Origin: Azolla caroliniana
Lineage: Eukaryota > Plantae > Polypodiophyta
Assembly (NCBI GenBank): GCA_043228905.1
Contig: JBHGNT010000004.1
Location: 10,292,001 to 10,356,000 of the forward strand
Direction: 5' to 3'
Length of the DNA: 64,000 nucleotides
The translations under genes and the position numbers were made by a program. Position 1 is the first letter of the stretch. Each line of letters begins with the position of its first letter. This document shows, piece by piece, positions 37,542 to 50,282 of the stretch. The notes beneath the pieces were generated by a model. The model did no database searches, was not told the origin of the DNA, and worked only from the letters and a program-made list of their open reading frames with translations.

Positions 37542-40500
37542 ACGTCATCTCCTCAAAGGGCATCTCTATGGATCCAGCTAAAGTCCACACTATTCTAGAG
37601 TGGCAAATTCCACGGTCGGTACGAGATGTACAATGTTTTCTAGGTTTTGCTAACTTCTACCACAAGTTTATATAGGATTATTCGAAGATTATTTTACCTC
37701 TCACACAACTTACAAAGAAGGGACAAGCATTTCTTTGGTCCAATGAAGTGGACATGGCTTTTCGGCATTTTAAGAAAGCCTTTACATCAACTCCTATTCT
37801 AGCTCATGTGGATACAAACAAACCATCCATCATGGAGGCCGACGCATCGGATTTCGCCCTCGGTAGCATCCTTTCTCAACACGGAGATAAAGAAGAGTTA
37901 CATCTTGTGGCTTTCCATTCGCGCAAATTCGATGCCGCAGAAATCAACTACGAAATACATGACAAGGAGTTATTAGCCATCGTGGATTCCTTTGTGCAAA
38001 AATGTTAGAGGGCTCTCCACATCAGGTCATCGTCTTTAGTGATCACAAAAATGTTGTTTATTTCCAAAACGCTCGGGTCCTAAATCGACGGCAAGCTTGG
38101 TAGGCTCAACTCCTCGCACGTTTTGACTTCAAAATCACATATCGACTGGGGAAGCAGCAAGGAAAAGCAGATGCGCTATCACGACGTTCATATCTTGCAC
38201 CTTGTCCTAGTGATCCGGCGTTTGATAATCAAAAGCAAGTAATCTTGGGACCAACACGATTGCACACAACGCAGATTTTTCACACCCCAATGGATTCCCG
38301 GATTACCGATGCCATATGTGCGAACTTGAAGAAAGACAGTTTTGCTCAAGACATTCTGACGCACATTGATACCTCTCGGGCATCCTGTTCCCAATCTCAA
38401 CAACCAGGTATGGACTACCAAATATTAAAATATCATGATGGTTTGTTATTCTTTAAAAAGCTTGTATATGTCCCTGATTGCTCCTGTCGCCTTCAAATCG
38501 TCCAAAATTGTCACTACACCCATACGGCGGGACATTTTGGTATTACTAAGACGTTGGATCTCGTTCAACGATCTTTTTGGTGGCCCCATATGCGACGTTT
38601 TGTCGACGAATACGTTTGGACTTGTGATGCTTGCTGCCGAGCAAAGATGCCTCGACACCATCCATATGGCTTGTTGGAACCCTTACCGATTCCAAGTAAC
38701 TCGTGGCAATCTATTTGTCTTGATTTTATCACAGATCTGCCGTTCTCGAAGGGGTTCGATGCTATCTTAACTGTCGTCGATCGATATACTAAGATGGCAC
38801 ATTTTGTGCCATGTACTAAGGCCATCACTAGCGAGGAAACCGCCGCCCATGTCATGCGTGAGGTATTTCGGCATCATGGCCTCCCAGACAATATCATTAG
38901 TGACCAAGGACCTCAATTCGTCTCCAAATTTTGGCAGCATCTCTTCAAGATGCTCAAGGTCTTTTGCAACCTCTCCTCCGGCTACCATCCCCAGACCAAT
39001 AGGCAAGCGGAACGAACAAACCAAACGTTGGAACAATATCTCTAGTGTTTTCTGAGTTATCAACAAGATGATTGGCCCAAGATTCTCCACTTTGCGGAGT
39101 TTGCATATAATAATGTTGTTCACTCCACTCGGGTCTCCCCATTTTACGCTTATACCGGTTCTCATCCTCTCTGGTCGGTGATCGACGCCCCGGAGCTACC
39201 TACCAATCCTCGTGCTGAGGATCATTTGTAGAGGCTACGCAAGATTCAAATGGATCTCTCTACTCATCTTCTCAACACACAGAAGACTTATGTCGATCGT
39301 CATCGGCTTCCCTCCTCTTTTGCCATCGGAGATCGAGTATGGCTCTTATGTCATCACATCAAGACTACTCGACCATGCGACAAGTTGGATTATCGACGAC
39401 TCGGTCCTTTCCGTATTACTAGTAAGGTAATGATGTCACGTTCCGCCTTGACAACAAACTTTATTATTTGGTCGATTGGCTCAGCTATAGTCTGAGCGAA
39501 CGTACTTGGGAACCCATCGAGCATGTCGCCAATGCTCAAGATCTTCTTGCTGAGTTCCACCAAAAGTATCCGGAAAAACTTGGCCTGCACTCAGTGCCGA
39601 CTCGTTCCACTCGTCGTCTTAAGGGGGAGATAGTGTCATGATATGGCAAGACTCGAACCCATGACCTTATGTTATATGGGTCGAGCTCTTGACCATTATA
39701 CCATCTATTGTAATACATAGGATATTATTTTCATTTAAGTTTTATTATAGGAAATTAATGTATATTCCATATTTCTCTGGAACATTCTAGAAGCTTCAGG
39801 ATTACTCCTGAGAACACTATAAAAGAAGGCACTAGGCATTATTTTGAACCGAATTGGTTCAACGCCAGTCTTAAGCCTCATTGCCCTTTTGTACTTACTC
39901 TTCACATAATATATCCTCTGTTATCATCATCTCTCTCTCTCTCTCTCTCGTCCTCGCTATCTCTCTCTCTCTCCTCTTCTCTCTTCCTCTCTCGGGAGCC
40001 TTACGCAATCCCCTCCTCTTAGTACTAATAGTACTTCCCTTTTCTAGTACTAATTCTCTCTCTATTTTAGTATTATTCCTGACAATAAGCAAGCAAACAA
40101 ACTGAACCTTGTCGACGACGAATCGACTTGGGTAGTCGATTCGGGTGCGTCATTCCACCTAACCCCTGACCAAAAATGCTTCTCATCATACAAGGCCGGA
40201 AACCACGGACTTGTGAAGATGGGAAATGAAGGACCATGCCGAATTGTTGGCATAGGAGATGTGAACCTGGCTGGTAACGTCGACTGGGTGTCGACTAGTA
40301 CTGAACGATGTTCGACACATTCCAAAGGTTCGACTGAACCTGATATCAGCTCGTCGATTGGATGACGAAGGCTACATGGGTAGCATGTGTAACGACGTCA
40401 TGAAATTCAACAAAGGGAGTTTGATTGTGGCTCGAGCCCAAAAGACTAGCACGCTATATGTTATTCATGCTCAGATATGTTGGGAAGAAGCAAACGTGGC

Positions 40501-43500
40501 AGTCGACACTATCGGCGAACTGTGGCACAAGAGATTGTGTCACATGAGTGAGAAGGGGATGCGAAGACTTGCCGATGATAACCTCATTCTGGAGGTGAAG
40601 AATGTGCAACTTGAGAAGTGCACGGATTGGTTGGCCGGAAAGCATAATCTAACCTCCTTCCGAACAAGGCCCCCAATGAGGAAGAAAATGTCATTGGAAC
40701 TCGTGCATATGGATGTATGCTATGTGGACACGAAGTCACATGCTGGTTCACAATATTTTGTGACCTTCATAGATGACAGTAGCCGAAAGTTGTGAGATTT
40801 CGTGTTGAAGAATCAAGTATTATCCGTCTTCAAGGAGTTCCAAGCGAGAGCCGAAAGAGAAACCAATCGAAAACTGAAAGCAGTCAGAGCGGACAATGGC
40901 GGTGAATACCGTGAGCAATTCGAAGAGTATTGTCAAAGTCAAGGTATTCAGCTCGAGTACACAATACCGAAAACGCCAAAGCTCAACGGACTAGCCGAGA
41001 CGTTGAACCGAACCATAATGGAGAGGGTCTGAAGTTGTTGGCACATGCGAAACTGTCTAAGAGGTTCTGGGTTGAGGCGTTGATGACAACGGTGTATGTG
41101 ATAAATAGATCACCCTCAAAACCCTTGGACAGAGACATCCCACAGAGAGTGTGGACTGGCAAAGACATGTCATACCGAAACCTGAAGGTGTTTAGTTGCC
41201 TTGCCTACATGCATGTGGCCAAGGACCAAAGGGGAAAATTCAATCCAAAATCTCGGCCATGCATATTCCTCGGCTACAGTGATGAAGAATTCAGCTACCA
41301 ACTATGGGACTTAGCTGACAAGAAGGTCATTCGGAGTCGAGACATAGTCTTCATGGAGGAGAAGACTATTGTCAACTGGGAAAAGGAGAAGTCAGACACA
41401 TCCATCTAACCAATCAGAGTTCAAAGGCCGATTGATGAACATGAAGATTCGATCGAATTCAGACAAGGAGTCGGGTCAGCTGAAGGCCAGTCGGGAGTCG
41501 GAGTCGGATCCAATGAAAAAGAAGTAGTCGACTTCAACCCAGAAGAAGAACCAATCGAACTAGAAGAAGAAGAGCCTAGTGAGCCGACTGAGGAAATCAG
41601 AGGACGAAGATACCCTTTGAGAGAAAGAAGAGCCCTTTGCAGATTCCCGGAAGAAGAGTGTGTGTTGCTGACCAACAAGGGGGAGCTAGAAAGCTTCGAG
41701 GAAGCAAAGAGGGACAACAACAGTCGTAACTAGTTAAGTGCCATGCAGGACAGGATGGATTCCTTGCATGCGAACCACACATACGAGCTAACGAAGTTGC
41801 CAAAGGGGAAGAGAGCACTCCGAAACAAGTGGGTTGTGAACATTGGCCGGATTGGCTGAGCAAGCCGAGGACCGGATCGGTTAGACACTGGTACGCAGAC
41901 CGGTGCGTAGGAAGGCTGGATCGGTGCGGAAACCGAGAGGCCATCGGAAAGATATTCCGCAAGGAATATATCTGGGAGTTAGTGTAGGGGCTCCTCAATG
42001 AGCATTGAAGTATTGTCAGTACTTCTGTCCGTCCAAAAAGGACTTGTATAAAAGTGTTCATTGAACACACACGATGTACAAATCGAGTATTATTTTTTGA
42101 ATTAAGTTCTTGTGTTTACTCTCTCTCTGTCTCTCCCATGCGTACTATGCAAACCTAAGCTTTCCATTAAACCTGTGTTTTCTATTGTTCGGTTTCCTAT
42201 ATTGCTTCCGCACGCCATTCTTTTCATGGTATCAAAGCAGGAGGGTTTAGATCCTCTGTCGTCGACTTTGCTTGAAGGAAAAACCGATGGACAGAGGAAT
42301 GGCTACCTCGCTTCCGACAGAGAAGCTCGACAGAAACAACTACGCGTCTTCGTCTTACAAGATGCACCAGTACCTGCTCAGACACAGTTACTAGAGCTAT
42401 GTCGATGGAGCAAATGACATAGCACCCAATTCAACACACAAAGACTTCCCAGCGTGGGAACAATCGGCAAGCAGAGTGTTGTACTGTTTCGCGTCTTGTG
42501 TGCACGAACAGCTGTTAAGCTACGTTCGGGATGCAAAAACGCCCAAGGGTGCGTGGGAAAATCTGAAGAAGATTTTCGCCACGAGCACCACAACCAGGAA
42601 GCTTCAGCTCCGATAGGAGTTGAGCAACCTACGGCAACGCGATTTGTCAGTGGCTGACTATACCTCAAGGATTAAGGACATATGCGACTCCTTAGCTTCC
42701 ATCGATGTGAACATCGAGGAAAGCGAGATGGTCCAGGTCTGTCTTGGAGGTTTGGCATCGAAGTTCGGGGCATTCCGAACTGCTGTGTGTACACGGGAGA
42801 ATACGCTGTCCTTTTTCAACTTACAGTCGATGCTCCTGGTAGAGGAGAACCACGCGGGTGCATCAACGAGCACGCACACCGACAGCAAGACGTTGAACAC
42901 GGAGGGAGAGAGGCCCCGTGGTCGTGGCGGACGAGGCGAGTCGGTACGCGATGGAGGCAGCCTACGGGATCAAGGAAGAAGGCACCGAAGTGATGCCGAC
43001 AGCAATTCCGAACCCTCCGGAAACAGGGGGAGTCGAGACAACGAGAACCGGCAAGGGAAATACGCTGTGGAATGCTGGTATTGTGGCAAGAAAGGCCACA
43101 GGGAGAGCAAGTGCTGGAAAAATCGATTTGGAGAGAATTGGGTCCGGAACAGGTTCTGGATAGACCGACAAAGGAAATCGGCAACGATCACACTATGCCG
43201 AAAGATCCGGAGAAGCCGGAAAAGGTTCAGTCTTCGTGACGAGACACGAAGCAAACTCAATGAAGAAGATCACCCCGAAGTCGGAGGAGGTGTGGTACGT
43301 CGACTCTGGCGCGTCAAACCACATGACGTGCCACGACGAGTGGTTCTCATACCTTGAGTAAATGACGCAACCAGGAGTAGTCGCAACCGGAGACGACACT
43401 CCGCATCCGATTGCGAATGTCGGTGAAGTTCCCTTGAGCCATGTCGGGCAGAAAGGGAAACTTATGAACGTGTTACACGTTGTCGTGTTGTTACGCGCGT

Positions 43501-43542
43501 GCGTGTGTAAAGAGGCGGGACCACGGGGGCCTTGAACTAAAG

Positions 43543-43588
<46 letters not shown>

Positions 43589-45280
43589 AAACAAGTCTTG
43601 CAGATACGCAATAGGGAGAAGGAAAGAGAAACAAACGGCACACTTAATTACAGTAACAGTCGATTACAATATCCAAAGATTGCAAACTCTGACGATTACA
43701 ACCGGCAAGGTGGCGATGGACCCGACACGGGGATCCTACTCACGCACACAGACAGAACAAACTTGACTCAAAGAAACAAAAAAAGGGGAGAGCCTCTGCT
43801 GGAAGCGCACGGGCTGTCCACGAAGCAGAGGCAGCGAACTCCCGACCCCACAGAGACCGACGATCGGAGGAGAAGAGAGAGCTCGCACTCAGTTCTGCAG
43901 CAGCACTTCGTCCTCGCCAACACGTGATCCCTTGTTTTTTCCTCCTCTCCCTCCTTAAATAGTTCCCCGAAAGGGGGTGCCCCTTTTCTCCCTAGTCAAA
44001 CCGCTTTATTCCCTGTCCCTTTCGACAGAGATACGCATAATCCCCTATTAAATGTATACTACCTAGTATTTACATCAGCCGACCCAAATATCAATTCACG
44101 CGTCCATCCGTGTAAGAGCCGGTTCATGCGCCTCTTTCCCCGATTCCACTTATGGCCGGTTTTCTTCACGACATCCACCCCCACCAATCCGCACATCCAC
44201 CGGCATGCGCCAGAGACTGGTAGACACCGAAGAAAACCGGCTTCACTCGTCGCTCTCCGATTCTCCGTCAGGCCTGAACTGATCGTCGTCGTCGCTCTCG
44301 CTCGCCGGCTCCGGCTCGTCTTCAAACAGCTTCTTGAACACTTTGATCCGCTTCCAGGCCACCGGCACCGCTAACCGTGTCCCGTCGAGTTCCGCGAGCT
44401 GGTACGTGCCGTTGTCGTTCGTGCTCGTCACCGTGTAGGGCCCGAACCACCTCCTAGCGAACTTTCGCACCGCCTTGTGCTGATTGTCGAGGTTGTTGTC
44501 GTACACCAAGACCCAGTCGCCTTCCTCGATCTTCTTTGGTCGCAACCGGTGCGTCCAGTTGAACCAGGTCATGTTCCGTTCCCTTGCCGCTCACAGCTTT
44601 TCCTTCGCCCGTTTTACGTCCTCCAGCCTCCGCTCGAGTTACCGAATCCGCGCCGCCAGCAACTCCTCCCTGCTCATCTCGTCCTTCCAATCTACCGCCA
44701 CCCATGAAGAAACCGTCCGTTCCACCGGCATGATCGGCTTTTGTCCGTACATCAACTCTGCCGGCATAAACCCTGTCACCGAATTGTGCGTAGGTCGGTC
44801 CGCCCATAGTGCGTAAGGAAGGCGTCGCGGCCAATTCCCGACCTGCCCTCCACATGCACGCACCAACGCCTTCACAATCGGCCCGTGCCCACGTTCTACC
44901 TTCCCGTTCGCCTCCGGATTGTACGTCTAGTCGGTCGAATAGCTCCTCAGCTTCCCGCGAATCCAGCTCTCCCCGGTCCGCCACGATCCTCCGGACGCAC
45001 CCGTACCGACACACTGCCTCTTCGATCAGGAACCGGTATACCGCCGCGGTTGTCTTGTTCTGCAGTGCACGGCCTTCCACTTGGTTCGTTAAGTCTTCCC
45101 GCGCCAGCACCAGGTATCGCATCTGCCCTACTACCATCGGCATCGTCACCAAGTCCACCATCCACTTGAAATGGACCGTGGGCAGGTAAGTCGGGTGTAG
45201 CTCGTCCCGATGTCAGACTACGGAGTGCATCTGACAGCTTTCGCAAGTCGTTACGAACCGATGCACGTCCTGGTATAGCC

Positions 45281-48200
45281 TGTTGGGAGACAGGTCCCTC
45301 CGGATGGGAAGGGAGAAGAACAGTGTTGATGAACAAACTCGGCCTCGGCCGAAACCGGATGACAAGTACCCGGCTACGGAGAGCCGAATGGTGCAGACCC
45401 GGTGAAAACCAGATGAGGAGTACCCGGCTACAAAGAGCCGAATGCTGCAGACCCTGTGAGAACTGGATTAGGAGTACCCGGCTACGGAGATCCGAATGGT
45501 GCTGACCCGGTGAGGAGTGCTCACCGGATGAAGAGACATATTCGTAAGTATGTTTCTGAGAGTCCATCATGGCTATATTTGTAAATAGCCGAAAAGTCAT
45601 ATTAGTATAAATATGACTTAGGGCAAACTTTTAGAGGTGTTGTTATTCTTGTTGGTGCAAGAAGAGAGAGAGCGCGTACCCGTGTACAAAGAGAGAGAGA
45701 GAGAGAGAGAGGTCGTTGCCTCTGTTGAAACCGCCGCCTGTGGCGAAGATCGTGAGCACGAGGTCGTTGCCTCCGTGAACTCACTATTGTACATTCTAAC
45801 ATAGTGATAGTTTGCAGCCTGTGGGCTGCCGTGGTTTTTTCCCTGGTTTGGGGTTTTCCACGTAAACATCCTGTGTACTCTTCTCTTCTTTGTGTCGTGC
45901 ATTTCTTTCCCGTTTTCTGTGTATGATACTAAGCTCGGTTCTGGCCGAGCGTTGCGTATAGGGAGCGTGCAGTTCCTGTCAAGTGGTATCAGAGCGAAAC
46001 GACACAAAAAATGGACAAATCGTTGGGCAGCATGTTCAAGCTCACCGGCTCCAACTATTCAGTGTGGAAGTCGAAGATGAGGGATATGCTCGTGGTTAAA
46101 GATCTTTGGTTGCCGGTTCAGTTTGGGGACAAGAGACAGGACAAAATTGATGCCACGATATGGGAGGTGATGCACATGAAGACAACAGCGTACATACGGT
46201 GCTTCATCGACATGAGCCTATACAACAACTTCAATGAAGAGAGCAAGGCTCATGAGCTCTGGGAGAAGATCGGCATTATGTTTCAGAACAAAAATGTTGT
46301 TAATCAAGTTTCGGTATTCCGGAAGCTAGTAAGACTACGGTACCAACATGGCTCCAGCATGGCGGAGCACATGAATGCCTTCCAGGGGCTGATCCACCAG
46401 GCAACTTCATTGGAAGTACCTCTTGCCGATGAGGTACTAGCGCTACTCCTGCTCGGTTCCCTCCCGGATAGCTGGGAGACGTTGGTTGTCACTTTGGGCA
46501 ACGCCGGGCCGGAAGGAAAGCGGTTATCCCTAGCAAGAGTAAAGTCGAGCTTGCTAGATGAGGAGGCGCGTCGGAAAGATAAAGATACGAGCTCCGAGTC
46601 CAAAGCGCTCCTTACCGAATCGGAACGCGGAAGACATAGAAACCGTAGTCCCTAGAACCGGGAGAAGTGGGGGACACGGTCAAAGTCAAGGGGGAGGCCT
46701 ACTTGTTTCTATTGTGGCAAGCCGGGACACTTCCAAAAGAACTGTCGGCATTTCCGAAAAGACAAGGAAACCGACGGTACCGATTCGAAACGGACCCCGG
46801 ACCGGAACGGTAAAGACCGAAGGGGGCCGTACCGGAAGGGAACGACGGCAATCGCGGCAAGTGAAGAAGAGTTGATGCTCATCACCGAGGAGTGTGAGAT
46901 AAACCTTGCCGGCGACGAGATGACTTGGGTGGTAGACTCCGGAGCGTCGTTCCACCTTACCCCGGACCGGAAATGCTTCTCATTCTACTCAGCCGGTGAT
47001 CACGGTTGTGTCCGGATGGGGAATGAAGGTACATGCCGAATTGTCGGCATAGGAGACGTGTGGCTGACAACACCAACCGGATGCAAGTTGCTGCTGAAGG
47101 ATGTACGACACATTCCGGAGGTTCGTTTGAACCTGATATCAGCCGGTCGGCTAGATGATGAAGGCTACACGGGTAGCATCCGGAACGGTGTCATGAAATT
47201 CAGCAAAGGGAGCCTGATTGTGGCTCGGGCCCGGAAGGTCAACACATTGTACCTGATGAATGCCCGGTTATGTCCGGAAGAAGTGAACGTGGCATCCGAC
47301 ACTGCCGGTGAGCTGTGGCACAAGAGGCTGTGTCATATGAGCGAGAAGGGGATGAAGAGGCTTGCAGACGACAACCTCATTCCAGTGAAGAACGTGCACT
47401 TAGAGAAGTGCACTGACTGTCTGGCCGGTAAGCAGAACCGGACCTCCTTCCGACCAAGGCCACCGATGAGACGTAATGCACCACTGGAGTTGGTGCATAC
47501 GAATGTGTGTCAAGTAGACACGAAGTCATATGCCGGAGCGCAGTACTTCGTGATGTTCATAGATGACCACGGCCGGAAGCTGTGGGTCACACCGTTGAAG
47601 ACGAAGGATCAGGTGCTATCCGTCTTCAAAGAGCTCCGGCCGAGAGTGGAAAGAGAAACTGGCCGGAAGCTGAAGGCGGTTCGAGCAGATAACGGAGGAG
47701 AATACCGGGGGCAGTTCGAGGAGCACTGCTGCTCGAAGGGAATTCGGCTCGAATTTACCATGCTGAAGACGCCGGAACTAAACGGACTGGCCGAGAGGAT
47801 GAACTGGACCATAATGGAGATGGTCCGGAGTATGCTAGCGCATGCAAAACTACCCAAGAAGTTTTGGGTTGAGGCACTGTCGATGGCGACATATGTGATA
47901 AATAGATCACCCTCAGTACCCTTGTACGGAGGCATCTGAAGGTGTTCGGGTGTCGCGCATACGTGCATGTAGCTAAGGACCGGAGAGGAAAGTTAGATCC
48001 AAAGACCCGGCCATGCATATTCCTCGATTACGGTGACGATGAGTTCGGCTACCGAGTGTGGGACCTGGTCGACAAGAAGGTATTCCGGAGTCGAGATATT
48101 ATCTTCATGGAGGACAAGACGCTCGCCGACTGGGAGTCAGAGAAGAAGATAATGAACTCCGAGTCGACCGGTAAGGATTGACTCTACGATGAGCAGACCC

Positions 48201-50282
48201 AACCGGCAAGAGACCGGTTAGCACTCGAGGGACCAGCCGGTTACGGTGAGGATACCGAACAGGCTAAAGAAGAAGTAGAGGAAGCTGAAACCGGAACCGG
48301 CCAAGACCCCGAATCGGATTCGGATGAAGAGCAAATGGAGGAGCCGGTTACCGAAGCCCGAAGACGGAGATATCCTCTAAGAGAGAGAAGGGCGCCCCGG
48401 AGATTTCCGGATGCAGAGCATGTTCTGCTGACCGATGAGGGGGAGCCAGAAAGCTTCGAAGAAGCGAAGGATGACACCCACAGCCGCAAATGATTAAGTG
48501 CCATGCAGGATGAGATGGATTCCCTGCATGAGAACCATACGTACGAATTGGTGGAGTTGCCGATAGGAAAGCGGAGACTCCGAAACAAATGGGTGTACAA
48601 GTTGAAACCGGGAGATGATGGCAACCCCCCGAGATACAAAGCTAGGATCGTGGTGAAGGGGTTCCAGCAGAAAAAGGGCGTGGACTTTGACGAGATATTT
48701 GCCCCGGTAGTAAAGGTGACCTCCATCCGGACGGTGCTGAGTATAGCGGCAAGCATGGACCTTGAGGTAGAACAACTGGACGTGAAGACGGTATTCCTTC
48801 ACGGCGACCTCGAAGAGGAGATCTACATGCAGCAACCGGAGGGATTTGTGGAGAAAGGGAAGGAGCACCTGGTATGCCGGCTGAAGAAGAGCTTGTACGG
48901 ACTAAAGCAGGCTCCCCGACAATGGTACCAGAAGTTCGATTCCTTCATGACCGATCAAGGGTACCACAAGACGCAGGCCGATCACTGCGTGTTTGTGAAG
49001 AAGTTCGAAGGAGGCGACTTCCTGATACTCCTTCTGTACGTGGACGACATGTTGATCGTCGAACGGGACCAAGCCAAAATACGGATGTTGAAGAAGGCTC
49101 TCAACCGGACCTTCTCAATGAAAGACTTGGGTCCGGCAAGACAGATGCTGGGGATGCATATTATTCGGAACCGGTCAATGAAGCAATTATGGCTGTCACA
49201 GGAGAAGTACGTGACAAAGGTGCTTCAGTGGTTCAACATGTCAGATGCGAAACCGGTCGAATCGACACTTCCGGCAAACTGCACGCTATCTGGTAAGCAA
49301 AGCCCGAAGACGAAAGTAGAGAAGGCGGATATGATGAAGATTCCATATGCCTCTGCCGTCGGGGGCTTGATGTACGCAATGGTGTGTACCCGACCGGATA
49401 TAGGATACGCAGTCAGAGTGGTGAGCCGGTTTATGAGCAATCCCGGCAAGGAGCACTGGAACGCGGTCAAATGGATACTCCGGTATTTGAAGGGCACTTC
49501 AAATATGTGTCTCCGATTCGGCTCCGGAAAACCTCAACTTGATAGTTTCACCGATTCGGACATGTCGGCTGATGTGTAGCTCGTCCCTATGTCAGACTAC
49601 GAAGTGCATCTGACAGCTTTCGCAGGTCGTTACGAACCGATGTACGTCCTGGTATAGCCTGTTGGGAGACAGGTCCCTCCGGATGGGAAGGGAGAAGAAC
49701 AGTAGTCGGATGACGAGTACCCGGCTACGGAGAGCCGGATGGTGCAGACCCGGTGAAAACTGGATGACGAGTACCCGGCTACGGAGAGCCGGATGGTGCA
49801 GACCTGGTGAGGAGTGCTCACCGGATGAAGAGACATATTCGTAAATATGTTTTTGAGAGTCCATCATGGCTATATTTGTAAAAAGCCGAAAAGTCATATT
49901 AGTATAAATATGACTTAGGGAAAACTTTTAGAGGTGTTATTATTCTTGTTGGTGCAAGAAGAGAGAGAGCGTGTAACCGTGTACAAAGAGAGAGAGAGAA
50001 AGAGAGAAAGAGGTCGTTGCCTCTATTGAAACCGCCGCCTATGGCGAAGATCGTGAGCACGAGGTCGTTGCCTCCGTGAACTCACTATTGTACATTCTAA
50101 CATAGTGATAGTTTGCAGCCTGTGGGCTGCCGTGGTTTTTTCCCTAGTTTGGGGTTTTCCACGTAAACATCCTGTGTACTCTTCTCTTCTTTGTGTCGTG
50201 CATTTATTTCCTGTTTTCTGTGTATGATTCTAAGCTCGGTTGTGGCCGAGCCTTGCGTATAGGGAGCGTGCAATTTCTGTCA
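45281..50282 (+). mobile_element. Ty1/copia element L (C family) in the integrase of K; most of RNase H and the PPT replaced by copied flank
   Basis: LTRs 45281-45981 and 49660-50282. TSD TAGCC at 45276-45280 and 50283-50287, with an extra copy at 49655-49659. PBS 45984-45995; gag-pol 46011-49576 with stops. Confidence 0.93.

Larger units (their letters stand above)
33857..39620 (+). pseudogene. gag-pol: G gag-pol: gag, CCHC, PR, RT, RH, IN, GPF, partial chromodomain
   Basis: [101 protein letters not shown] (~39460-39515). Start position approximate. Confidence 0.9.
33320..40084 (+). mobile_element. Ty3/gypsy chromovirus G (Tcn1/Tf1-sushi-like), degenerate
   Basis: LTRs 33320-33781 and 39634-40084 (TGTCA..TGACA). 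TSD ATAAG at 33315-33319 and 40085-40089. PPT AAGGGGGAGATAG 39621-39633. No tRNA PBS. Confidence 0.95.
26671..41834 (+). mobile_element. Ty1/copia element E (older relative of C/L); host of F, G and J; 3' part not in the window
   Basis: 5' LTR 26671-27195; PBS TGGTATTAGAGC 27199-27210; gag from ATG 27218 to 27969. Resumes at 33221-33319 and 40090-41834 (WVVDSGASFH, LWHKRLCH, ADNGGEY, ending at RNKW of RT). Confidence 0.9.
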
